This document shows, piece by piece, positions 19,175 to 28,022 of a stretch of 47,999 nt of DNA. The position numbers and the translations under genes were made by a program. The DNA comes from an uncultured Thermotogae bacterium (GTDB lineage: Bacteria; Bipolaricaulota; Bipolaricaulia; UBA7950; UBA9294): NCBI GenBank assembly GCA_964355545.1, contig CAYHEK010000002.1:1-47999 (forward strand), written 5' to 3'. The notes under the pieces were generated by a model. It ran no database searches. It was not told where the DNA came from and worked only from the letters and a program-made list of their open reading frames with translations. The stretch's first letter is position 1. The number at the start of each line of letters is the position of its first letter.

Positions 19175-20341
19175 CTAGAGCGTGCTGAACTCCTGTTTCA
19201 TTCGCCGGACGAGGGCCGGGGCGGTGAAGAGGTCGACCGCGGTCATGGCGAGGGCCTTGGCGGCAAGGAGCATGGCGGCCTGTCCGCGTGGCGAGGCGGC
19301 GGCCGCGGCGAACTCGCGGGAGTGGGATGCGATCTCCTCCCCGCAGATCGCGATGTAGGGGTGGATGGCGGGGACGACCTGGCTTACGTCCCCCATGTCG
19401 GTGGACCCCAGGCCGCGCTCCTTCGGCGTGTGGAGCGACTCGCCCAGCGCCTCCAGGTTCGCAACGAAGGCGGCGGCCAAGGTGTGATTTGGCCTCATCG
19501 CCTTGTAGGCGTGTCCTACGGTCTGGAAGGAGAGCCTCGCCCCGGTCGAGAGCGCCGCGCCCTCGGCGCAGCGGCGCAGCTTCGCGAGGAGCTCGTCGCG
19601 GTACTCGCTTTCGGCGGCACGGACGTAGAAACAGGCTGCGGCGTGTTCGGGAACGATGTTCGGCTTCGCTCCGCCGTCCGTGATCACCCCGTGGATGCGC
19701 GCACCGTCCTTGATGTGCTGCCGCAGGGCGGAGAGGCCGTTGAAGGTCTGGATGACCGCGTCCAGGGCGTTGATCCCCTTCTCCGGGGAGGCCGCGGCGT
19801 GGGCGGGCCTGCCGGTAAACTCGATCACAACCTCAGTGATGGCGAGGCTCCCCCGGTCGGCCACGGTGTAGCTTGCGGGATGAAAGATCATCGCCGCGTC
19901 GACCCCCTTGAAGAGCCCGGCCTCGATCAGGGTCACCTTGCCGCCGCCTCCCTCCTCGGCGGGGGTGCCGAGGAAGAGGAGCCTTCCCGGTAGTTCGGCC
20001 TTGATCTCCCCCAGGGCGAGGGAGGTGCCCAAGGACGCTGCGGCGATCAGGTTGTGGCCGCAGGCGTGGCCGATCTCGGGGAGTGCGTCGTACTCCGCGA
20101 GGAGGGCGACGGTCGGGCCGCTTTTGACCTCGGGGTGAGAGGCCCGGATCGCAGTCTCGAGGTTCCCTATTCCAAGCTCGACGAGGAACCCTCCGGCGCG
20201 CAGTTCCTCGGCGAGGAGGCGCGAAGCCCGCCGCTCCTCGAACTTGAGCTCGGGATGATCGTAGATCTCCTGGCTGACCGCGATCAACCGCTTCGCAAGG
20301 CGGTCGACCTGGCCGCAGGCCTGCTCCTTCCACACGTTCAT
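19175..20341 (-). CDS. M20 family amidohydrolase (Acy1L2/AbgB-like)
   Basis: HPEL.FEE, EYDALP..GHACGHN, TPAEEGGGGK, GSTDMGDVS. Confidence 0.9.
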   Translation of the reverse strand: MNVWKEQACGQVDRLAKRLIAVSQEIYDHPELKFEERRASRLLAEELRAGGFLVELGIGNLETAIRASHPEVKSGPTVALLAEYDALPEIGHACGHNLIAAASLGTSLALGEIKAELPGRLLFLGTPAEEGGGGKVTLIEAGLFKGVDAAMIFHPASYTVADRGSLAITEVVIEFTGRPAHAAASPEKGINALDAVIQTFNGLSALRQHIKDGARIHGVITDGGAKPNIVPEHAAACFYVRAAESEYRDELLAKLRRCAEGAALSTGARLSFQTVGHAYKAMRPNHTLAAAFVANLEALGESLHTPKERGLGSTDMGDVSQVVPAIHPYIAICGEEIASHSREFAAAAASPRGQAAMLLAAKALAMTAVDLFTAPALVRRMKQEFSTL

Positions 20342-20391
20342 TTGACCTCCTTTGCGGAGATTCCCAGGGACCGCTCTTCTCTGCGAGGCGC

Positions 20392-23300
20392 CTAGATTCC
20401 CACAGCCCTTAGGGCCTCTTCCACCTCCAGCGCGAGCGAGTCCGACCCGGAGACCGTCCCACAGGCCTGGTCGCGGCGCTCAGAGGACCTTTGCGCGAGG
20501 GATGCGACCTCTCGCGTCACCGCATCGAGGTCGCGGTAACTCCAGTCCGCTCCGAGAGCGGAGGCGAGAGCGACGAGGATCTCCCAGTTTTCCTCGGCGA
20601 ACGGCGCCGCCGCGGCCGGCGAGAGTTCCTTGACGCGACCGTCGGTGTCGATCAGGTGTCCCCCTCCTTCGATGGGGAGGGACACGGGCAGGATGACGTG
20701 TGCAAGATGGGTCGTCGCGTTCTCTGTTGGGGCCATCGCCACGACGAAGTCCATCCCCGCGAGATGCTCGGCGAGGGCCGAATCACGGCCCGGGTCGGCA
20801 CCACAAGCGAGGCAGGCGCGGGCCTGGTTGAGCGGTCTTTGACTCCGTTTCTCCGCCCGGCTCCCCGATGACCGCTCGGGTGGGAACCCGACCCGCAAGA
20901 GCCCGTTTAGGTTGGGGACTGCGCGCAGGCGGACGACCCGGCCGTTTTTGGATTGCGCCGCGAGGTCGAAGACCGCCCGGGCCGTCTCAGCCGGCGCGCT
21001 CCCTTCCTCAAACACGAAGACGGGGTTCTTGGCTGCGGCGATCTGCTTTCGGATCGGATCGAGCTCGTCGCTTCCTCGCCGTCGCGCGTGGCGGAGCCGC
21101 TCCAGGATCGACGCGGGGGAGACGTCCTCGATCGCGAGGTCGGCCTCAGAAAGGTCTCCCCGGAGGCTGGTGATCGTGGCTCCTTGCGACTTGGCGCGGC
21201 GGATCTCAAGGTCGAGGAGGAAGCGCTCGTAGCGCGAGCGGGGCCCGATGACGAGGACGAGGTCCGAATTCGGGATCGCGTCGGTCGACGCGAGGAGCGA
21301 AGCGGGCACGGGGTAAGGCTCACTTGCTCTGAGGTCCTCGATGCCGAGGAGATCAGTGTGGAGGACCGTGCGGGCGAGATGAGAGAGGAGATAGCCCTCC
21401 TCGTTTGTCAGGTGCCCAGAAGCGAGGACGGCGATCCGATCCTCATCCACCGGGAGCCCCTCCTTGATGCGCGCGAACGCCTCCTCCCACGAGGCCCGGA
21501 CGAGCCCTCCTCCTTTGCGAACGAGGGGGGTCGACAGCCGGGGGCGGCAGGTCCACGCCTGCCAGCCGTAGCGCCCCTTCGCACACAGGATCTCCCCTTC
21601 CGTGCGGGGGAGCGTCGCCAGGTAGCGGCCGTTCAGGGTCCTGACCTCCACGGGGCAGGCGAGGCCACACAGGGAGCAGACGGTCGCCGTCCCCTTCAGG
21701 CGGAGCGGAACCTGCTTTCTCAGGTTGACCCGGTCGGCGAGCGCGCCGGTCGGGCAGGTGTCGACGCAGGCCCCGCAGGAGACGCAGGCCGACTCCTGCC
21801 AGGGCCGGTCGAAGGGCGCCTCGACCTCCACGGCGATCCCCCGCCCGGCGAAGTCGATCGCGTAGATGCCGCAGACCTCCCCGCAGATGCGCAGGCAGCG
21901 GCCGCAGGCGATGCACTTCTCCGGATCACGGACGATGAACGGGTGTCGCTCGTCGGGTCGCCTGCGCGCAAGCTCTCCAGCGAAGGTCTCTTGAGATGCC
22001 CGCGCCGCCGTGGAGTAGTCTCGCAGTGCGCAGTGAAAACCGCGCGCGCACCCGCAGCTCAGGCACCGCTCGCCCTCGCGACGGGCCTCTTCGTCGGTGA
22101 AGTCGGTCGTGTACTCCTTTAGGTCACGGACGCGCTCCGCGGGCGGCCGAATCCGGGTCGGCACGCGGCGGGCTTCCCTCACATCCCCGAGGTCGGCGCG
22201 GGTGACGTCCTTCTTCTCGTGTGCGTAGGAAAGGGCCGGAACGATCGGAAGGCCGCGCAGGAGGCGGTCGATCGCGTCGGCTGCCCGACGGGCCGCGGCC
22301 ACCGCCTCGATGGCGATGCTCGGGCCGCTCGCCGCGTCCCCGCCGGCAAAGACTCTTTCGCGGCACGTCTGACCGGTCTCAGGGTCCGCCACGATCCGTC
22401 TTTGTTCGTCGACGCGGATTCCCGAATCGGCGAGCGAGGAGGGTTCCAGCGCCTGTCCCAGCGCGAGGATCGCCGCGCGCGACGGGACCAGGAACTCCGA
22501 CTCGGGGACAGGAACGGGCCTCGCGCGCCCGCTTGCGTCCGGCTCCCCGAGGCGCATTTGGATGCAGCGGATCCCGGTGAACTCCTGTCCCTCGACGACG
22601 AACTCGACCGGTTGGGTGAGGAAGCGGAATCTGACTCCCTCTTCCTCGGCCTCCGCAACTTCGTGGGGGATGGCGGGCATCTCCTCTCGGCTCCGCCGGT
22701 AGACGAGCGTTACCTCGGCACCGAGCCGGCGCGCGGAGCGGGCGGCGTCGATCGCCGTGTTCCCTCCTCCGATCACGGCGACTCGGCCCGGCAGCGTGAC
22801 CGGCTCGCCCATGTTGAGACGACGGAGGAAGTCGATCCCGTGGAGGACGGCCGGGTGGTCCTCGTGCGGGACGGAGAGTGTACGGGACTCCCACGCGCCC
22901 AGGCCGAGGAAGACCGCGTCGTAGTCGCGTTCCAGGGCGTCGAGCGAAAGGTCCGCTCCCAGGCGAACTCCGCCGTGGAACTCGATCCCCATCTCCTGGA
23001 GGACGGCGAGCTCCCGGTCGAGGACCCCTTGCGGGAGGCGGAAGTCCGGGATCCCGTAGCGGAGCATCCCACCCATCTTGGGCATGGCGTCGAAGACGAC
23101 GGCGCCGTGCCCGCGCCGGCGGAGGAAGTACGCTGCGGAGAGCCCGGCCGGGCCGCCGCCGACGATCGCTACGCGGAACCCCGTGTCCGCCTCCCGCGAG
23201 GGGATGTAACGGAATGCCCGATCGCCCAAGAAGCGCTTCATGTGGCGGATCTGGACCGGCTCCTCCGCGATCTGGCGTCGGCAGGCCTCCTCGCACGGGG

Positions 23301-23736
23301 CGGGGCAGATCCGGCCGAAGGAGGCGGGGAATGGGAGTTTCTCGTACAGAACCTGTAGTCCCTCCAAGAACAGGCCGTTCGCCGCTAGGCTCACGTACCC
23401 CTGACAGTCGGTGTGCGCCGGGCAGGCGAGCTGGCACGGGCCAACACAATCGCCAAAGTGGTGGCTGAGCAGAAGATCGAGCGCCGTCTTGCGGATCTCC
23501 TGCGCCGCCTGGGAGTCGGTCGCGACCGCCATTCCGTCCTTGACCGGCGTGGAGCAGGCCCTCACGACCCCCACCCCTTCGACTTCGACGGCGCAGACCC
23601 CGCAGGAGTCGAACGGGTCAAGGCGCCTCTCCGCGCACAGAGCGGGAACCACGATCCCATAGCGGCGCGCAAGCTCGAGGATCGTCTCCCCTTCGCGGCC
23701 CGTGAGGCCCTTTCCGTTGATCGTGACGGAGATCAT
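20392..23736 (-). CDS. Large FAD/Fe-S subunit of an electron-bifurcating complex (StnC/NfnABC-type): 2Fe-2S + GltD-like + ferredoxin + degenerate molybdopterin-fold domains
   Basis: Start ATG 23736 (MISVTINGK). Motifs CGVC..AC, CQLACP, GRICPAPCEEAC, GGGPAG, GGGNTA..YRRS, CIACGRC, CVSCGAC, CSLCGLAC..CAKG. Confidence 0.85.
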   Translation of the reverse strand: MISVTINGKGLTGREGETILELARRYGIVVPALCAERRLDPFDSCGVCAVEVEGVGVVRACSTPVKDGMAVATDSQAAQEIRKTALDLLLSHHFGDCVGPCQLACPAHTDCQGYVSLAANGLFLEGLQVLYEKLPFPASFGRICPAPCEEACRRQIAEEPVQIRHMKRFLGDRAFRYIPSREADTGFRVAIVGGGPAGLSAAYFLRRRGHGAVVFDAMPKMGGMLRYGIPDFRLPQGVLDRELAVLQEMGIEFHGGVRLGADLSLDALERDYDAVFLGLGAWESRTLSVPHEDHPAVLHGIDFLRRLNMGEPVTLPGRVAVIGGGNTAIDAARSARRLGAEVTLVYRRSREEMPAIPHEVAEAEEEGVRFRFLTQPVEFVVEGQEFTGIRCIQMRLGEPDASGRARPVPVPESEFLVPSRAAILALGQALEPSSLADSGIRVDEQRRIVADPETGQTCRERVFAGGDAASGPSIAIEAVAAARRAADAIDRLLRGLPIVPALSYAHEKKDVTRADLGDVREARRVPTRIRPPAERVRDLKEYTTDFTDEEARREGERCLSCGCARGFHCALRDYSTAARASQETFAGELARRRPDERHPFIVRDPEKCIACGRCLRICGEVCGIYAIDFAGRGIAVEVEAPFDRPWQESACVSCGACVDTCPTGALADRVNLRKQVPLRLKGTATVCSLCGLACPVEVRTLNGRYLATLPRTEGEILCAKGRYGWQAWTCRPRLSTPLVRKGGGLVRASWEEAFARIKEGLPVDEDRIAVLASGHLTNEEGYLLSHLARTVLHTDLLGIEDLRASEPYPVPASLLASTDAIPNSDLVLVIGPRSRYERFLLDLEIRRAKSQGATITSLRGDLSEADLAIEDVSPASILERLRHARRRGSDELDPIRKQIAAAKNPVFVFEEGSAPAETARAVFDLAAQSKNGRVVRLRAVPNLNGLLRVGFPPERSSGSRAEKRSQRPLNQARACLACGADPGRDSALAEHLAGMDFVVAMAPTENATTHLAHVILPVSLPIEGGGHLIDTDGRVKELSPAAAAPFAEENWEILVALASALGADWSYRDLDAVTREVASLAQRSSERRDQACGTVSGSDSLALEVEEALRAVGI

Positions 23737-23747
23737 TCCCCCACCTT

Positions 23748-25526
23748 TTATCTGACCTCGACGGCCCCGAACGGGCAGACCTCGCGGCACCGGCCGCACC
23801 GGATGCACGCTTTCTCGTCGATCCTCTGGAACGCTCCGTCCCCCTGCCCGATCGCGTGGACTGGGCACTTGCTCGTGCACAGCTTGCAGTCCCGACACCG
23901 CGTCTCGTCGATCCGGTAGTGGATGAGGGCGCGGCAGACGTGGGCCGGGCAGGCCTTGCCGCGGAGGTGGGCCTCGTACTCGTCCTGGAAGTAGCGGGTC
24001 GTGGTGAGGACGGGATTGGGAGCAGTCTGGCCGAGACCGCACAGGGAGTGGCGCTTGACCTTCTTCCCTAGGTCGATCAGGCGCTCGAGCTCGTTGGGTT
24101 CCCCCGCGCCGGCGCAGATGCGCGTCAGCCCCTCCAGCATCCGCTTCGTCCCGATCCGGCAGAACGTGCACTTCCCGCACGATTCCTTCTGAGTGAAGTC
24201 AAGGAAGAAGCGCGCAACGTCGACCATGCACGTGTCCTCGTCGAGCACGATCAGGCCGCCCGAGCCCATGATCGCGCCGGTCTGGGTGATCGACTCGTAG
24301 TCGACCGGCACGTCGGCGAGGGAGGAGGGGATGCACCCGCCGGATGGACCGCCGATCTGGACCGCCTTGAACGCCTTGCCGTCCCGCGTCCCTCCCCCGA
24401 CGTCGAAGACGATCTCGCGGATCGTCATCCCCATCGGGATCTCCACGAGGCCGCTGTGCTTCACTTTCCCGGCGAGGGCGAAGACCTTCGTCCCCTTGCT
24501 CCGTTCGGTCCCGTGGCGTGCGAACGCCGCGGCGCCGTGGCGGATGATCCAGGGGACGTTCGCCAAGGTCTCCACGTTGTTGATGACGGTCGGCCTCCCC
24601 CACAGGCCGGAGGTGGTCGGGTACGGCGGCCGCCGGCGGGGCATCCCCCGCCTCCCCTCGATGGAGGCGATGAGGGCGGTCTCTTCCCCGCACACGAAGG
24701 CCCCGGCTCCGGCCTTGATTGCGACGTCGAAGGAGAACTCGCTTCCCAAGACGTGGTCGCCCAGGAGGCCGGCCTCCCTCGCCGCGACGATCGCCTTCTC
24801 CAGGCGTTCGATCGCCAGGGGGTACTCGGCGCGCACGTACGCGTATCCGCGCGAGGCGCCGATGGCGTAGGCCGCGATCGCCATCCCTTCGAGGACCCGG
24901 TGTGGGTCGCCTTCGAGGACGCTTCGGTCCATGAACGCGCCGGGGTCCCCCTCGTCACCGTTGCAGACGACGACCTTCTCCGAGGACGACTCGCGTGCGG
25001 CGAAGCCCCATTTCGTGGCCGTGGAGAAGCCGGCCCCGCCGCGGCCGCGCAGCCCAGAGGCCTTGATCTCCTCGATCACCTCGCTTGGGGTCATCTGAGA
25101 GAGGACCTTCTCGAGCGCCTCGTATCCGCCGCGTTCCCGGTACTCCGCAAGCGACTCGGGGTCGATCAGGCCGCAGTTCTCAAGGACGATGCGCACCTGG
25201 CGCGCCAAGAAGTTGTCGGAGGGAGTGAGGAGCTCCTGCACGGGATTCCCGCCGACGAGGTGCTCCGCCACGATGCGGTCCACGTCCTGTGGCCGCACGT
25301 GCCCGTAGGTATAGCGTTCTCCGTCTTTTGTTGTGACGTCGACGAGCGGCTCGTTGTAGCACATGCCGACGCAGCCGACCCGCTTCAGCCTCACGGAGAG
25401 ATTGCGTTCGGCCAAAGAGGAGGTAAGGGCCGCGTACACCTCGTCTGCGCCGGCAGCGATCCCACAGGTCGCCAGGCCCACGGAGACCTCGGCCGTGGGG
25501 TTCACGCTCGCTCCTCTTTTTGCCAC
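23748..25526 (-). CDS. NuoF/HydB-like FMN/NADH-binding subunit (StnB-type)
   Basis: N-terminal thioredoxin-like 2Fe-2S region, GLRGRGGAGF, NGDEGDPGAFMDR, GAGAFVCGEETAL, ESCGKCTFC, C-terminal 2x[4Fe-4S]. Confidence 0.92.
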   Translation of the reverse strand: MAKRGASVNPTAEVSVGLATCGIAAGADEVYAALTSSLAERNLSVRLKRVGCVGMCYNEPLVDVTTKDGERYTYGHVRPQDVDRIVAEHLVGGNPVQELLTPSDNFLARQVRIVLENCGLIDPESLAEYRERGGYEALEKVLSQMTPSEVIEEIKASGLRGRGGAGFSTATKWGFAARESSSEKVVVCNGDEGDPGAFMDRSVLEGDPHRVLEGMAIAAYAIGASRGYAYVRAEYPLAIERLEKAIVAAREAGLLGDHVLGSEFSFDVAIKAGAGAFVCGEETALIASIEGRRGMPRRRPPYPTTSGLWGRPTVINNVETLANVPWIIRHGAAAFARHGTERSKGTKVFALAGKVKHSGLVEIPMGMTIREIVFDVGGGTRDGKAFKAVQIGGPSGGCIPSSLADVPVDYESITQTGAIMGSGGLIVLDEDTCMVDVARFFLDFTQKESCGKCTFCRIGTKRMLEGLTRICAGAGEPNELERLIDLGKKVKRHSLCGLGQTAPNPVLTTTRYFQDEYEAHLRGKACPAHVCRALIHYRIDETRCRDCKLCTSKCPVHAIGQGDGAFQRIDEKACIRCGRCREVCPFGAVEVR

Positions 25527-25996
25527 GCGGCGATCACTTCGTCGATGCGTCTACGGGTCAGGCGGCCGTAAGTCTTGCTATCGATCATCATCGCCGGGGC
25601 GAGGCTACAACAACCAAGGCAGCGGACGATCTCCAGGGTGAACTGGCCGTCTTTCGTGGTCTCGCCCTCCGTCAACCCGAGCCTCTCCTTGAGTTGGTCC
25701 AGGATATCGTTTGCTCCGAGGACGTGGCACGCCGTCCCCTGGCAGACGCGGATGAGGTGCCTCCCGGGACGATCCAGGCGAAACTGCGAGTAGAAGGTCG
25801 CCACCCCGTAGACGCGGCTGAGGGGTGTGCGGGTGTAGCGCGCGACGCGGACGAGGTTCCCCTCCGCGAGGTAGCCGTGACGGGCCTGGATCGCTTGCAG
25901 GAGGGGAATGACGCTCCCTGGGAAGGGAGGAAAGGAGCCGACAACACCATCCAGCGCGTCCGCGGGTTCGACCGGCAAAGAAGGGGGCTTCGGCAT
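25502..25996 (-). CDS. NuoE/HydC-like 2Fe-2S subunit (StnA-type)
   Basis: VATFYSQF, CQGTACH, CLGCCSLAP. Confidence 0.92.
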   Translation of the reverse strand: MPKPPSLPVEPADALDGVVGSFPPFPGSVIPLLQAIQARHGYLAEGNLVRVARYTRTPLSRVYGVATFYSQFRLDRPGRHLIRVCQGTACHVLGANDILDQLKERLGLTEGETTKDGQFTLEIVRCLGCCSLAPAMMIDSKTYGRLTRRRIDEVIAAWQKEERA

Positions 25997-26007
25997 GAGG
26001 CTTCTCT

Positions 26008-26085
26008 CTAGTGGGAGGCCGGGGCGGGGACGACACCCTCGCGGATCGGTCGACCCAGATCTCGCTTACCCAACGCCTCGTCCAC
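26008..26085 (-). CDS. Putative 25-aa upstream small ORF
   Basis: AAGGAGGT SD (26093-26100), 7 nt, GTG. Encodes MDEALGKRDLGRPIREGVVPAPASH and stops 11 nt before the NuoE-like ATG. Confidence 0.4.
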   Translation of the reverse strand: MDEALGKRDLGRPIREGVVPAPASH

Positions 26086-26136
26086 TCCCGGGACCTCCTT
26101 TCGCTGGAGCTGACCGCTCGCGGCCGGCGCGGGGGG

Positions 26137-26165
26137 ATTATCCCTCCCCTCTGCAGGGGCCGCAA
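26137..26165 (-). promoter_or_regulatory. Probable promoter of the Stn-like operon
   Basis: TTGCGG-17 nt-GATAAT on the - strand. Confidence 0.55.
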
Positions 26166-26213
26166 GGAGTGGCATCCTTTCCGGATAGACGTACAATCGG
26201 ACGAGGAGGAAGG

Positions 26214-26876
26214 ATGCGTTACTACATCGAAAGCGACGGGAGGGTGTTCCTTGTCGATCGAGGCGGGGTCCTCGACCTTCCGCAAAGAGAGGAGATCCCC
26301 TTTCTAGGGGAGGAGATCGCGCCTCTCGGGACGGTCGAGCAGGTCGTCTTCTGCTCTCCTTGCCTCGATAGACACCCACACGAGTGGCCGAGCAAGGACG
26401 ACCTCTCGACTGATCCCCGAGCCTCGGCTCTCGTCCGCGAGGCGGTGCACGCAAGCATGCCCCGCGTCGTCGTGGAGGGGGTATGTCTCGAGGGGGAGAC
26501 CATTCTCCTCGTGAAGGGGAGTCGTGGCCTGACCGAGGGACGGTGGTCGCTCCCCGGTGGGTTTCTGCGCTTCGGGGAGACGCCGGAGGAGGGGGTCCGG
26601 CGCGAGGTGGAGGAAGAACTCGGCGTGACGGCGCGGGTGGACGGGCTCCTCGACGTCAAGGGACGACAGGGTCCGACGACCCGTCTCCAGTGGGTCATGA
26701 TCTTCTTTCGTGTCTCCCTGTGCGGAGTTCCCTCCCCCAATCCGGACGAGATCGCAGAAGCGCGCTACTTCCCCCTCTCCGAGGCGCGACACCTCCTGTT
26801 CGATGACCTCATGCGCGAGGCGATCGCCCTTCTCCTCGAGAAGGAGCCACCCCTCACAAGAGGTCGATGCTCATGA
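26214..26876 (+). CDS. Nudix hydrolase with extra N-terminal domain
   Basis: GAGGAGG SD, ATG 26214, upstream TACAAT; intact Nudix box GFLRFGETPEEGVRREVEEELGV. Confidence 0.85.
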   Translation: MRYYIESDGRVFLVDRGGVLDLPQREEIPFLGEEIAPLGTVEQVVFCSPCLDRHPHEWPSKDDLSTDPRASALVREAVHASMPRVVVEGVCLEGETILLVKGSRGLTEGRWSLPGGFLRFGETPEEGVRREVEEELGVTARVDGLLDVKGRQGPTTRLQWVMIFFRVSLCGVPSPNPDEIAEARYFPLSEARHLLFDDLMREAIALLLEKEPPLTRGRCS

Positions 26877-27963
26877 GGAGGGTGATGTCCTTCTTCCACT
26901 CCAAGTAGTAGGGGAGGTGCTCGAGGCGGATGCCGAGGGAGACGCGGGAGCCCGCCACGGGGGTCAGGACGAGGTCGAGCGAGAATTGATGAAGGTCTGT
27001 GGGCGCGCCATCCCACATCTCGCGGGAGAAGGTATAGGACGCAAGAAGGCTCACAAAGTCGGTGATCAGGTAGTCGTAGCTTGCGGTGACTTCGAGTCGA
27101 TAGGTGTGGAGGATGTCGTACGACCCCGAGAGGCTTCCTCGCGTCAGGAACTGAACTTCTGGGGTGGTGGTGAAGGCGTAGTCGAAGGCGATCGTAGCGA
27201 GGAGATCGTTCGGAGCACCCATGGGGTCAAGGACCTCATACCCCAGGCCGAGCTTGAGATCCCCTCCACAGTAGCGGCTGTAGCTATTGTCCTCCACGAG
27301 CTCCCCCATCTGGGAGAGGTCGAGCGCGTCCAGCCCCCCCATCTTGGTGAGGCCGCTCCCTTCGATGATCTCCTGGAGCGCCGCGAGAAGCTCGGCGAGT
27401 GACGCGTAGGTGGCGACGTTGTCAATCTCGTACGCGATCGACTCAAGGTCCGCTCGGCTCAAGTTTTCGGAGATGCTGTGCTGCGCCACAAGGTGGGCAT
27501 CGATCTTGATCGCCTTGGCGAGAGGGGTGGCGTTGACGAAGCGGCCGTAGCCGACCCCAAGGGCGACGGAGATCCCGATCGTCACGTAGGACGAGGCGCT
27601 CTTCCCGGTGAGCCCAGCGAACCCGAAGTACGGCGCGTCCGGGGAGAAGTAGCGCTTGAAGTTCCCTTCCGCCGTGGCGAGGAAGGAGGAGAGGCCAAGG
27701 AGCGAGATCGTCATGTCGTTCTTGACCTCGAGGTCAAACCCGAAGTCGGGCGAGTCGAAGAGGCGCCGATAGTTCACCTTGAGCTGTCCCTCATTGACGT
27801 CTCGCTCGCTCAACCCGTAGGGGTCGTTCTGGTACCGATAGGAAAAGCTCATCCCCAGGTCGGTCAGGTCGGTGCGCGGCGAGCGATAGTCGCAGAGCGG
27901 GAACGCCGCCGCGGATGCCTGGAGGAGAAAGAGAGAAAGAACGAGAATCAAGCCGGTCTTCAT
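26854..27963 (-). CDS. Hypothetical exported / outer-membrane beta-barrel-like protein with helical insert
   Basis: Signal peptide MKTGLILVLSLFLLQASAAA; Tyr/Phe-rich alternating strands flanking a helical segment. Confidence 0.6.
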   Translation of the reverse strand: MKTGLILVLSLFLLQASAAAFPLCDYRSPRTDLTDLGMSFSYRYQNDPYGLSERDVNEGQLKVNYRRLFDSPDFGFDLEVKNDMTISLLGLSSFLATAEGNFKRYFSPDAPYFGFAGLTGKSASSYVTIGISVALGVGYGRFVNATPLAKAIKIDAHLVAQHSISENLSRADLESIAYEIDNVATYASLAELLAALQEIIEGSGLTKMGGLDALDLSQMGELVEDNSYSRYCGGDLKLGLGYEVLDPMGAPNDLLATIAFDYAFTTTPEVQFLTRGSLSGSYDILHTYRLEVTASYDYLITDFVSLLASYTFSREMWDGAPTDLHQFSLDLVLTPVAGSRVSLGIRLEHLPYYLEWKKDITLLMSIDLL

Positions 27964-28022
27964 ACGCATCACCCCTGGAGGAGAAGGTAGGGCAAGGAAC
28001 GGAGGGGAGGCAACCGACTCCT

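Noticed and set aside
23737-24180. N-terminal extension giving a 1262-aa large subunit
   Set aside because: It overlaps the NuoF-like gene in another frame. The real start is ATG 23736, after an AAAGGTGG SD.
20392-25996. Interpretation as [FeFe]-hydrogenase, formate dehydrogenase or complex I N-module
   Set aside because: No H-cluster motifs, no recognisable Cys/Sec Mo-ligand motif and no membrane nuo genes; a GltD-like domain is inserted instead.
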